Shown in pieces: positions 35,327 through 43,126 of a stretch of 64,000 bases of DNA. The notes under the pieces were generated by a model that was not told where the DNA came from, ran no database searches, and saw nothing but the letters and a program-made list of their open reading frames with translations. Each line of letters starts with the position of its first letter. Position 1 is the stretch's first letter. Source of the stretch: Bacteroidota bacterium. GTDB taxonomy: Bacteria; Bacteroidota; Bacteroidia; J057; JAJTIE01. The DNA lies in NCBI GenBank assembly GCA_019638695.1, contig JAHBTG010000007.1, forward strand, positions 482 to 64,481. The letters run 5' to 3'. A program made the translations under genes and the position numbers.

Positions 35327-37444
35327 CTATAATCGTAGCTCTGCCAGCCCGTTCTGCCGGATATAGCGGTTGAGGTGTTGCTGCAGTGCCTGGTGTTCCG
35401 GCTGTTGCAAGTCAGGGTCTTGTATAGCAAGCTGCCTCGCCGCCTCCCGTGCCTCGCCAAGGATGTCTGCATCCATGACCACATCTGCAATGCGAAACTC
35501 CGGCAGGCCGCTCTGACGGGTGCCCAGGAAATCTCCTGGTCCCCGCAGCTCCAGGTCCAGCTCTGCAATGCGGAAGCCGTCCTGGTGTTCACACATGGCT
35601 TTTAGCCGCTGCTGGGCATCTCGTGTAGCCGGCCATTTGCCGGACATCAGGATACAGTAGCTTTGCTCTGCACCTCTGCCTACCCGTCCCCGCAACTGGT
35701 GCAACTGGCTCAGGCCAAAGCGTTCCGCGTTTTCGATGATCATCACCGAAGCGTTGGGCACATCTACGCCCACTTCTATCACGGTGGTGCTTACCAGTAT
35801 ATGGCTGCGCCTTTCCTTGAAATCCCGCATTTGCCCTTCCTTGTCTTCAGGGGACATCCGTCCGTGCACAATGCCCACGCGGTAGTCGGTAAAATACTGT
35901 GAAAGAGCCTCCCAGCCGTGTGTGACCGCCAGCAGATCGGTCTTGGCGCTTTGTTCCACCAAAGGATACACTACGTAGGCCTGCCTGCCCTTTTCCAGTT
36001 CCTCGCGCAGGAACCCATAGACCCGCAGTCGGTGCGGGTCTCCCCGCATGGTGGTTGTAATGGGTTTCCGCCCCGGGGGGAGTTCGTCTATAACGCTGAT
36101 GTCTACATCGCCATACACCGTCATGGCCAGGGTGCGAGGGATGGGTGTGGCCGTCATCGCGAGGTTGTGAGGTGCCAGCGCCTGATTCTTTTGCCACAGG
36201 CGCGTCCGTTGCGCTACTCCAAACTTATGCTGCTCATCTATGATGGTGAGCCCCAGCCGGGCAAATTGCACGCTGTCCTCTATCAATGCATGGGTGCCGA
36301 TGAGGATATGGCAGCTACCATCCAGGAGTTCTGCCAGTAAAGGCTTGCGGGCCCTGGCTTTGACACTGCCGGTGAGCAGCTGGCAGCGCACGCCCAAGGG
36401 TGCCAGCAGGTGGCTGAAGCTGCGGAAGTGTTGCTCTGCCAGGATTTCGGTAGGTGCCATGAGTGCTACCTGGTAGCCATTGTCCAGCGCAATCAGGGCA
36501 CACATGAGCGCTACCAGTGTCTTGCCGCTGCCTACATCTCCCTGCACCAGCCGGTTCATCTGTATGGGCAGGGCCAGGTCTGCCCGCACTTCTTTGATCA
36601 CCCGTTTCTGCGCCTGGGTCAGCTGGAAAGGTAGGTGGTTCTCATAAAAGGTATTGAACAACTGCCCGATATGGGGGAAGGCCGGGGCCGGGCGTTGCAG
36701 GCGGCGCAACTGCCTGCGCGAAAACATGACCAGGTCCAGCAGGAAAAATTCTTCGAACTTCAGGCGCCTGCGTGCGGCGCGCAGCAGCGCCCTGTCTTGC
36801 GGAAAGTGCACCTGTTGCAGGGCTTGCTCTCTTGGCAGCAGCTGGTATTGGGCGGTTAATGGAGCCGGGATGAATTCCGGGGGTAATCCCGGGGCGGCTT
36901 CCAGCACGGCGTGCACCAGGCGGCGTAGTTGCCGGCTATCCAGCCCGGCCTGCTTCAGCGCATCAGAGCCCGGGTAAAAAGGTACGATCTTCAGGTGGTT
37001 GAGCACCGCATGTTCTTCATCCCGCAAAGGGTCTATCTCGGGGTGTACCAGTTGCGCCTGGTTCTGGAAGAAGCTTACCCGACCGAACAGCACTACCTCA
37101 TCTCCCGGTTTGAACCGGCGCTGGATCCATTGGGTGCCCTGGAACCAGGTGAGCAATGCTGTGCCGGTGCCGTCGTCCAGGGTGCTGGTCAGGCGTTTCT
37201 TGCCGGGTCCGGTGCCTTGTGTTTCAAAGGCGCCCAGCCTGCCTGTGAGGGTGACGGCTTCTCCTTCTTCCTGCAGGGTGGCCACTGTGTGCAGCCTGCT
37301 GCGGTCCATATACTTGCGCGGGAAGCACAGCAGCAGATCTTCCCAGGTGTATATGTTCAGCGACTCCTGCAGGGCCACTGCCCGGTGCGGGCCTACCCCT
37401 TTGAGGTAGGTGATCTCTTGCTGCCAGTAGGGACGGGTGCTCAC
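35327..37444 (-). CDS. recG: ATP-dependent DNA helicase RecG
   Basis: 705 aa, GTG start. It has an N-terminal wedge/OB region and the helicase motifs GDVGSGKT, DEQHKFGV and QLHQLRGRVGRG. Confidence 0.95.
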   Translation of the reverse strand: MSTRPYWQQEITYLKGVGPHRAVALQESLNIYTWEDLLLCFPRKYMDRSRLHTVATLQEEGEAVTLTGRLGAFETQGTGPGKKRLTSTLDDGTGTALLTWFQGTQWIQRRFKPGDEVVLFGRVSFFQNQAQLVHPEIDPLRDEEHAVLNHLKIVPFYPGSDALKQAGLDSRQLRRLVHAVLEAAPGLPPEFIPAPLTAQYQLLPREQALQQVHFPQDRALLRAARRRLKFEEFFLLDLVMFSRRQLRRLQRPAPAFPHIGQLFNTFYENHLPFQLTQAQKRVIKEVRADLALPIQMNRLVQGDVGSGKTLVALMCALIALDNGYQVALMAPTEILAEQHFRSFSHLLAPLGVRCQLLTGSVKARARKPLLAELLDGSCHILIGTHALIEDSVQFARLGLTIIDEQHKFGVAQRTRLWQKNQALAPHNLAMTATPIPRTLAMTVYGDVDISVIDELPPGRKPITTTMRGDPHRLRVYGFLREELEKGRQAYVVYPLVEQSAKTDLLAVTHGWEALSQYFTDYRVGIVHGRMSPEDKEGQMRDFKERRSHILVSTTVIEVGVDVPNASVMIIENAERFGLSQLHQLRGRVGRGAEQSYCILMSGKWPATRDAQQRLKAMCEHQDGFRIAELDLELRGPGDFLGTRQSGLPEFRIADVVMDADILGEAREAARQLAIQDPDLQQPEHQALQQHLNRYIRQNGLAELRL

Positions 37445-37945
37445 TCAGGGTACTACGGTCACTTCGTCGGTTACCACACTGTTGCTGCGGTTGCCATCCC
37501 TGTCATAGATCCAGATGGTGAAGGTGAGCTTCTCCTCTGTATTCAGGGGGTCTAGGCGCGCCATCAGCGCCGGGAATTCTACGGTGATCTCTCCCTGTAT
37601 GCTGGGGTTCTTGCCGCTGGGGGTCAGGTTGGGCAGGTTGTAGGTCCAGCGGCCGTCATATTCCGGCAGCGCCGCCACGCCTGGCCGGTTGTCGAACATG
37701 ATGAGGTCGGCAGAGTCCCGCAGGGTGCTGAACTCATCCTCGTACCCCAGGTTGCCGTCACCGTCCTTATAGCGCAGCTTCACATAAAAGGTGGTGGCGT
37801 ACTCTTTGATGACCTTGGGTTCTATCGAGACGAACTCGATCTCCGGCGTGGTGGAGAAGCGCGGCTCATTGCCCACACAGCCTGCCAGCAGCACCAGTGT
37901 GGTTAGCAGACTGTAGCTTGTCCGGAACGCCATTCGATTGCCCAT
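37445..37945 (-). CDS. hypothetical lipoprotein
   Basis: From the internal ATG the sequence is MGNRMAFRTSYSLLTTLVLLAGCVGNE, with a lipobox LLAGC. The longer track ORF would overlap the upstream gene. Its stop abuts the recG GTG start (TGAGTG). Confidence 0.6.
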   Translation of the reverse strand: MGNRMAFRTSYSLLTTLVLLAGCVGNEPRFSTTPEIEFVSIEPKVIKEYATTFYVKLRYKDGDGNLGYEDEFSTLRDSADLIMFDNRPGVAALPEYDGRWTYNLPNLTPSGKNPSIQGEITVEFPALMARLDPLNTEEKLTFTIWIYDRDGNRSNSVVTDEVTVVP

Positions 37946-38006
37946 AGAACAAATATACGGAATAACGCGGCGGCTGGGTGTTTGGGTGCAAAGGGCTGTA
38001 ACTTTC

Positions 38007-39788
38007 TCAGTGCAGGTATGCGGCCAGTTCTTCGGCTTCCGCTTCCCAGCCTTCGGCAATCAGCAGCGGGCTCAGGGTTTTGTATAAACGCCTGGCGGAT
38101 TCTGTATCTTTTACTTGTGTATGGTATACCAGGCCCCAATGCAGCAATTCATAAACTTTGCGTGCTTCCATTTCGGAGGCTTTGTTTGCCAGGTTCTGGA
38201 ATGCCTGCAAGTGCTGATTGTGCTCTTCGGCCATTTCCATGTGCTTATAGAGAAGAGCCAGTTGCAGGTGTGTGCTGCCCAGGACAGGTGTGTGCACTTT
38301 TGATTTAACAAGTTGCAGGATACGCAGGGCTTTATCTTCTTCTCCTAAAGCTAGCGCCTGCCGGGCTGCCTGGTAGGCTATCCTGTAGATATTATTGGCC
38401 AACTCTATTGCACTGATATCCTGTGTGCCGGTCTCTATGGTTACAAGCGGCATGTCTTCCAATAGCTGAAGACAGGTATGTACCCTGGTCCCGGGGTCTT
38501 CGGTCTTCCCCGTTAGCCGAAAGACAAAACCTTCCTCCGACAGATAGGGCGCCAGGTGTTTATAGAAGCGTTCTGTGACCGTAGTAGCGATAGCTACCGG
38601 GTGAGGCCACCCTTGGGCGTCGTTTTCCTGTAAGAGTCCTATTAAAGCTTGAGAGGCAAGCATCCAGTAACCACCGTAACCGCCGTCAAAATCAGCTTTC
38701 TGTTCCACCGTGATCCCCAGATTGGGCAATTGAAGAGTATGGGTTTCATTGCCTTTTGTAAAGGAACCCAGCTTGCTGCCGGCAATATCCAGGTTATTAT
38801 TGAGGAGGGCAGGCCCTTGCCCGCTGCCTTTGTGTACATAGCGTACATATGTGTCCAGATTTAGAAGCGAGGCATTCAGTATCCTCACATCTTTTCTAAA
38901 ACCCTCTGCCTCCTGCACATACAGCAGCGGATAGGTATCGAAATCCCCATTGGTAAATAAATAGCTGCTAGGGGGTAAATGCCGGAGCATGGCACGGGCA
39001 TACTGCAGGTAAAATTCCGGATAACGCGCTTGTTGCAGGAACTGAAGTGCTTGTTCCCGGTGGCTCAGGTACATCTCCGCATTCAGATAGGCAGACACAT
39101 ATTCGTTAGCCAGCCGGGCTGTAATACTGGTGCTCAGGCCCCGGGTGCGGTACCCGGCGTTGCGGCTGTGTATCCTCTTATAGTAATGCAATCCCTGATG
39201 CGTATGCTTGTAGAAAGCCGCTATGGCCTGTGACGTATAACTGCCGTCATCCGTCTCCATTTGAAAGGAAAGGTCTCCCAAACGAATATTGGACTCGCCA
39301 TACTGATCTCCTAATGCATACACTGTGGCATGGGAATGGGCCCGGGCAAGTTGCTCCAGCTCTGCATCCGTAGCGGTATCAGATGAATCTACATGATTCA
39401 GGATATCCATATAATATTCAGGATACCCCCAAAATGTGGCTAGGTAGAACGCATGCCGGTGTTTGGCTACCCATCTGGATATTTCTGCGGGCTCGGGCGG
39501 TTTATTCTGCCGGGGGAAAGGTAAATGCTCCATGGTCCTGGTTTCCCGGTTCCACAGCAACAAAGAAGTCTCCTCAGTTTTCTGGGTCTCATGATACCTG
39601 ATGTGCCACCCTTGCGGACTGCGGCTCAATGTCGCATTCCCTGGCAGCTCATAATACAAAGCTTCCTTACAAACTGCTCTTAGATCGGGATAATCCGCGA
39701 TAGCCTTGATCTCCTGTGCGGACAGGTGACCGGCTATTATTGCAGGCAATAGGATAACCAGCCATAGCCGCCGGGCTGTAATAATCAT
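38007..39788 (-). CDS. secreted hypothetical protein resembling the soluble (non-membrane) portion of DUF2723-type proteins, with a TPR-like C-terminus
   Basis: 593 aa with a signal peptide (LWLVILLPAIIAGHLSAQ). The segment SYLFTNGDFDTYPLLYVQEAEGFRKDVRILNASLLNLDTYVRY resembles, from memory, the conserved FTNGDNDTFPLWY..EG.R.DV.V.N.SLL block of DUF2723 proteins. The gene is visibly A/T-richer than its neighbours. Confidence 0.6.
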   Translation of the reverse strand: MIITARRLWLVILLPAIIAGHLSAQEIKAIADYPDLRAVCKEALYYELPGNATLSRSPQGWHIRYHETQKTEETSLLLWNRETRTMEHLPFPRQNKPPEPAEISRWVAKHRHAFYLATFWGYPEYYMDILNHVDSSDTATDAELEQLARAHSHATVYALGDQYGESNIRLGDLSFQMETDDGSYTSQAIAAFYKHTHQGLHYYKRIHSRNAGYRTRGLSTSITARLANEYVSAYLNAEMYLSHREQALQFLQQARYPEFYLQYARAMLRHLPPSSYLFTNGDFDTYPLLYVQEAEGFRKDVRILNASLLNLDTYVRYVHKGSGQGPALLNNNLDIAGSKLGSFTKGNETHTLQLPNLGITVEQKADFDGGYGGYWMLASQALIGLLQENDAQGWPHPVAIATTVTERFYKHLAPYLSEEGFVFRLTGKTEDPGTRVHTCLQLLEDMPLVTIETGTQDISAIELANNIYRIAYQAARQALALGEEDKALRILQLVKSKVHTPVLGSTHLQLALLYKHMEMAEEHNQHLQAFQNLANKASEMEARKVYELLHWGLVYHTQVKDTESARRLYKTLSPLLIAEGWEAEAEELAAYLH

Positions 39789-39827
39789 TTGTAAGGAGTT
39801 AAAACCGTAAGATAGCAGCTAATAAAT

Positions 39828-39856
39828 AAAAAAGCCTTTGCACATCGCAAAGGCTT
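39828..39856 (-). terminator. intrinsic terminator downstream of tRNA-Pro
   Basis: The minus strand reads AAGCCTTTGC-GATGT-GCAAAGGCTT followed by TTTTTATTT. Confidence 0.75.
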
Positions 39857-39863
39857 GGAGGTT

Positions 39864-39939
39864 TGGTCGGAGAGGCGGGACTTGAACCCACGACCACTCG
39901 CCCCCCAGACGAGTACTCTACCAACTGAGCTACTCCCCG
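39864..39939 (-). tRNA. tRNA-Pro (anticodon GGG), CCA encoded
   Basis: Hand-folded sequence: CGGGGAG-TA-GCTC-AGTTGGTA-GAGT-A-CTCGT-CTGGGGG-GCGAG-TGGTC-GTGGG-TTCAAGT-CCCGC-CTCTCCG-A-CCA. The acceptor stem is 7 bp, the anticodon loop is CU-GGG-GG, and the T-loop is TTCAAGT. Confidence 0.9.
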
Positions 39940-39955
39940 ATTCAGGACGGCAAAT

Positions 39956-40279
39956 TTACAAGGATTCCCGTATGCTGCGCAAAAAATCCCGCAATTCTTC
40001 CAAAGTTTCCAGCATCTCCCGGTGCTGTGTGAGCGCTCCCCCCTGTTGCCGCAAAGCCTCCCGCGCCCCTTTGAGGGTGAATTTCCTGACCTTGAGCAGG
40101 AAATGGATGTTCTTAAGCCGTTCCAGGTCTTCCCGCGTATAGAGCCTGCGTCCGCTGGAGGTTTTGCGGGAGCTGATAGTGCCAAACTCCTTCTCCCAAA
40201 AGCGCAGCACACTGGCATTGACCCCGAGTGTGGCGGCAGCTTCGGCTATAGTGTAATATCTCTTTTCGATGTCTTCCAT
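39956..40279 (-). CDS. MerR-family transcriptional regulator
   Basis: 107 aa. YYTIAEAAATLGVNASVLRFWEKEFG...SGRRLYTREDLERL is a MerR-type HTH. Its stop lies 16 nt upstream of tRNA-Pro. Confidence 0.85.
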   Translation of the reverse strand: MEDIEKRYYTIAEAAATLGVNASVLRFWEKEFGTISSRKTSSGRRLYTREDLERLKNIHFLLKVRKFTLKGAREALRQQGGALTQHREMLETLEELRDFLRSIRESL

Positions 40280-40294
40280 GTGGTTCCCCGGGGC

Positions 40295-41236
40295 TTACTC
40301 CATGCTTTGATTGGTCTGGCGGGCCTTTTCCTGCAGGCGTATCCCTTCGAGTGGTGCCATGCGCACCACCATATAAGGAATGGGATCTACGGAACGCCCT
40401 TGTTTCAGCACCTCATAATGCAAGTGGGGTCCCCTGACCAGTCCCGTATTACCGCTCAGCCCTATGGTCTGGCCTTTGCGCACATAACTCCCGGCATATA
40501 CGCTGGCAGATTCCAGGTGGCGGTAGCCTGTGACATAGCCCTGGCCATGGTCTATCAATATCACGGTGCCTCCCCCGGCTTTGTGCCCGGCAAAGACAAT
40601 CGTTCCATTGCCGGTGGCAAATACCGGGGTGCCTATGGCGGCATTGAGGTCTACACCGTCATGCAGCTTGTTGCCTGCCGTGTAGCTGGTCTTTTTGCTG
40701 CCATAACCGCAGATAAGGTCTATGCTCTTGAGCGGTAATCCTGTGGGTACATGATGGACGGCCCCCCGGTCCTTACGCACCATTTCTACCAGGACCTGCT
40801 GCTGCACCAGGCTGCGGTTGGCCTGCTGCTGCAGACTGCTTACCAGATCCTGGAGGGCATCCAGACGCAGCTGGTCCGTGCGTAGCACACGTGTGGCGGC
40901 AATCACATCGGGCTTATCCTCGGGTTCTTCTGCATTGTTGGTAATGAGTTGCTGCAGCTGAGATTTTTGCTTGCGCAACGCTTGCAACTGTTTGCTGTAC
41001 GTATTCAGGTCATTGCGCAGCTGGCGGTTGGTTTGGCGCAGCAGCTGGTTCTTCTGCTGAAGCCTGGCGGCTTCCGTGCTGGGAAACCACCAGAAGCTGA
41101 GGGATACCCAGCCCGTGGCCAGCGCGGTGGCCAGCAGCACAAAGAGGGCGTTTATGCGCATCCAGGCCCAGAACCCCCTGCGTTGTTTCACGTAGGTGCA
41201 GCTTTCGCTGTCATATACATACAGGTCCTGTCCCAT
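40295..41236 (-). CDS. M23-family (LytM-domain) peptidoglycan metalloendopeptidase with an N-terminal TM helix and coiled coil
   Basis: 313 aa. HDGVDLNAAIGTPVFATGNGTIVFAG...HLESASVYAGSYVRKGQTIGLSGNTGLVRGPHLHYEV are M23 motifs. The central region is coiled-coil. Confidence 0.85.
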   Translation of the reverse strand: MGQDLYVYDSESCTYVKQRRGFWAWMRINALFVLLATALATGWVSLSFWWFPSTEAARLQQKNQLLRQTNRQLRNDLNTYSKQLQALRKQKSQLQQLITNNAEEPEDKPDVIAATRVLRTDQLRLDALQDLVSSLQQQANRSLVQQQVLVEMVRKDRGAVHHVPTGLPLKSIDLICGYGSKKTSYTAGNKLHDGVDLNAAIGTPVFATGNGTIVFAGHKAGGGTVILIDHGQGYVTGYRHLESASVYAGSYVRKGQTIGLSGNTGLVRGPHLHYEVLKQGRSVDPIPYMVVRMAPLEGIRLQEKARQTNQSME

Positions 41237-41269
41237 GGTGTGGATGCAAAGATACGCCCGGCAGGGGGC

Positions 41270-41635
41270 TTAAAGCAAGGCAGGATTGCTGCGCGGGGTG
41301 CCCAGGCGTTCCTTCAGCGGGGTTTCCCACCGGGTATCCGGGCCGGGCATCCGGTGAATATGGATGGCTGCTTTGATAAAAGAAAGCCCGAATACCAGCA
41401 GGATTGCCAGCCCCAGCCAGTGCAGGCGGTGCTTGAGCATGACCGTGAACAGGATAGACAGTAGCAGCATGAGCGCTGCGCCCAGGAATACTACCAGCAT
41501 ATCGCCCTGTGCCGCTTCAAAAAAAGTGTAGTTGCGCATGTATACGGCATAGACCAGGAGCATGTACAGACCCAGGCTGAGCAGGTAAAAGACCCAGCCC
41601 GTGCCAAACAGGAGCCGCTGCAGGAGGTGTTGCAT
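41270..41635 (-). CDS. small integral membrane protein (3-4 TM), function unknown
   Basis: 121 aa with hydrophobic helices (WVFYLLSLGLYMLLVYAV, LVVFLGAALMLLLSILFTVML, WLGLAILLVFGLSFI). Confidence 0.5.
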   Translation of the reverse strand: MQHLLQRLLFGTGWVFYLLSLGLYMLLVYAVYMRNYTFFEAAQGDMLVVFLGAALMLLLSILFTVMLKHRLHWLGLAILLVFGLSFIKAAIHIHRMPGPDTRWETPLKERLGTPRSNPALL

Positions 41636-41781
41636 GATGCAAATTTCAACAGAAAGTGCTTGCTCCTGACAGGTGCGGGTATTTTAGTATCCAGAGGTTT
41701 CCTGAAAAAAATATAGATTCTTTATATGCCTGAAAATCTGCTGGTTATCCTGGCAAATATGGGAAAAGTGATTAAGTGTGG

Positions 41782-41812
41782 TTGCCAATCGCTGAGATAC
41801 GGGGTATTTTTG
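41782..41812 (+). promoter_or_regulatory. Bacteroidetes-type promoter (TTG, 20 nt, TATTTTTG)
   Basis: TTG at 41782-41784 and TATTTTTG at 41805-41812, about 68 nt upstream of the ATG at 41880. Confidence 0.4.
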
Positions 41813-41879
41813 CAGGAAGCAATTACTACAATCAGATTGGCCTAACCTGCTTTCGCGATTTCCCCTATTATCTCTTCTC

Positions 41880-42476
41880 ATGCGCAATCTTTACTTACAG
41901 TTGCTGGTAATGACCAGTCTGTTGCTGGCTGGCTGTGCAACCCCGGAAGGCAAACAGCTCTCCGGGAGTGCCGGTACATTGGATAGCCCGTCTGAAGCCT
42001 CAGACGTATTGAAGAAAATGGCATTGTACAAACACCTCTCCCTGGATGCCGACCATGTGCATGCCCGGCGGGCGGGTGGCCGGTTCCTGCGCCTGGAACA
42101 CCCGGATGCCGATGGCTGGGTGGATATGCTTACCCTGCAAAAAAAGGATGGCACTCCCGTGGTCGTATACCTGCAGAGTATTTGCGAACCGGACTGCGAG
42201 CAGCAGTTGCGTGCTTATGGTTATGTGAAAGGCCGTTTTGTGGATGAAACGGAAAGCTTGGTGCCGGCAGACCTGAAAGCCAGCCTGCTTACCGGTAAAT
42301 CCAGGATGCAGGAAGACCGTGTGGGACTGGGGTATGTACTGGATGTGCAGACGGGCAATGTGGAGCTGTATATCTATAAAGTGAATGATGCCAAGGTATA
42401 TGAACAGATGCAGGTGCGGGGCGAGGCTGTGGGTATGCTTGCCTGGGATGGTACGGAATTTATCCGCCGGGATTAG
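41880..42476 (+). CDS. hypothetical lipoprotein
   Basis: 198 aa. The signal peptide has the lipobox LLLAGC. No family recognised. Confidence 0.6.
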   Translation: MRNLYLQLLVMTSLLLAGCATPEGKQLSGSAGTLDSPSEASDVLKKMALYKHLSLDADHVHARRAGGRFLRLEHPDADGWVDMLTLQKKDGTPVVVYLQSICEPDCEQQLRAYGYVKGRFVDETESLVPADLKASLLTGKSRMQEDRVGLGYVLDVQTGNVELYIYKVNDAKVYEQMQVRGEAVGMLAWDGTEFIRRD

Positions 42477-42616
42477 CTGAAACCCCGGAGCGCCTTTTTG
42501 CGTTTAATTTTATGTTAACCAGTGTTAAGAAATCCTAACGCATTGTGCCGGGAATTCTTTAGCTTTGCACCGAAATATCTCTCTTCCATTTCTATCGCAA
42601 CACCTTTACTCTGCAC

Positions 42617-43117
42617 ATGAAAGGTCTTTCCAAATGGCTGGGCCAGATAGGTATCGGCGGTAAGTCTGATGATGCCATATCCGCCGAAGGTCCTCAACCA
42701 GAGCATAGCCCCCTGTTCCAGGAATTTCTAAGCACCTTGTGCCTGAATGACCGGGATAAGCAATTCCGCAGTGCTGCCCGGTTGGTGGCCAACCATAACT
42801 ATACCGAGAGCCTGGATGCCTATTGCCGCCTGCAAAAGCTCTATCCTGAGAAACGCAGCCTTTGCGAGATCCAGGTGGGTATGGTATTTATGTACATAGA
42901 GGAATACAAGCGCGCCTTTGACAGCTTCCTGGCGGCCAAAGTACATGGTGCCGATGAAGCAGAAAGCGAGCGCCGCATTTGGGATGCCTGTACCGGTATC
43001 CTCAGCAAAAACGTAAGTCACCAGCAAAAAACGGAGTGTATAGACCTGTACCTCCGCTTATTCCCCAACGGTAAACATTTGCCGGAAGCCCGCGCCCTGG
43101 TTCAGGTAGGCGCCTAG
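42617..43117 (+). CDS. hypothetical protein, helical/TPR-like
   Basis: 166 aa with no signal peptide and helical-repeat-like composition (YTESLDAYCRLQKLYPEKRSLCEIQVGMVFMYIEEYKRAFDSFLAA). A TAGCTTTG -7-like box lies at 42560-42567. Confidence 0.5.
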   Translation: MKGLSKWLGQIGIGGKSDDAISAEGPQPEHSPLFQEFLSTLCLNDRDKQFRSAARLVANHNYTESLDAYCRLQKLYPEKRSLCEIQVGMVFMYIEEYKRAFDSFLAAKVHGADEAESERRIWDACTGILSKNVSHQQKTECIDLYLRLFPNGKHLPEARALVQVGA

Positions 43118-43126
43118 AAACCCGTG

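Noticed and set aside
37445-39939. Calling a genomic island or integrated mobile element at tRNA-Pro
   Set aside because: No integrase, excisionase or transposase is present, and I could not find a direct repeat of the tRNA 3' end. Only one gene is compositionally deviant. I report it as an observation, not as a mobile element.
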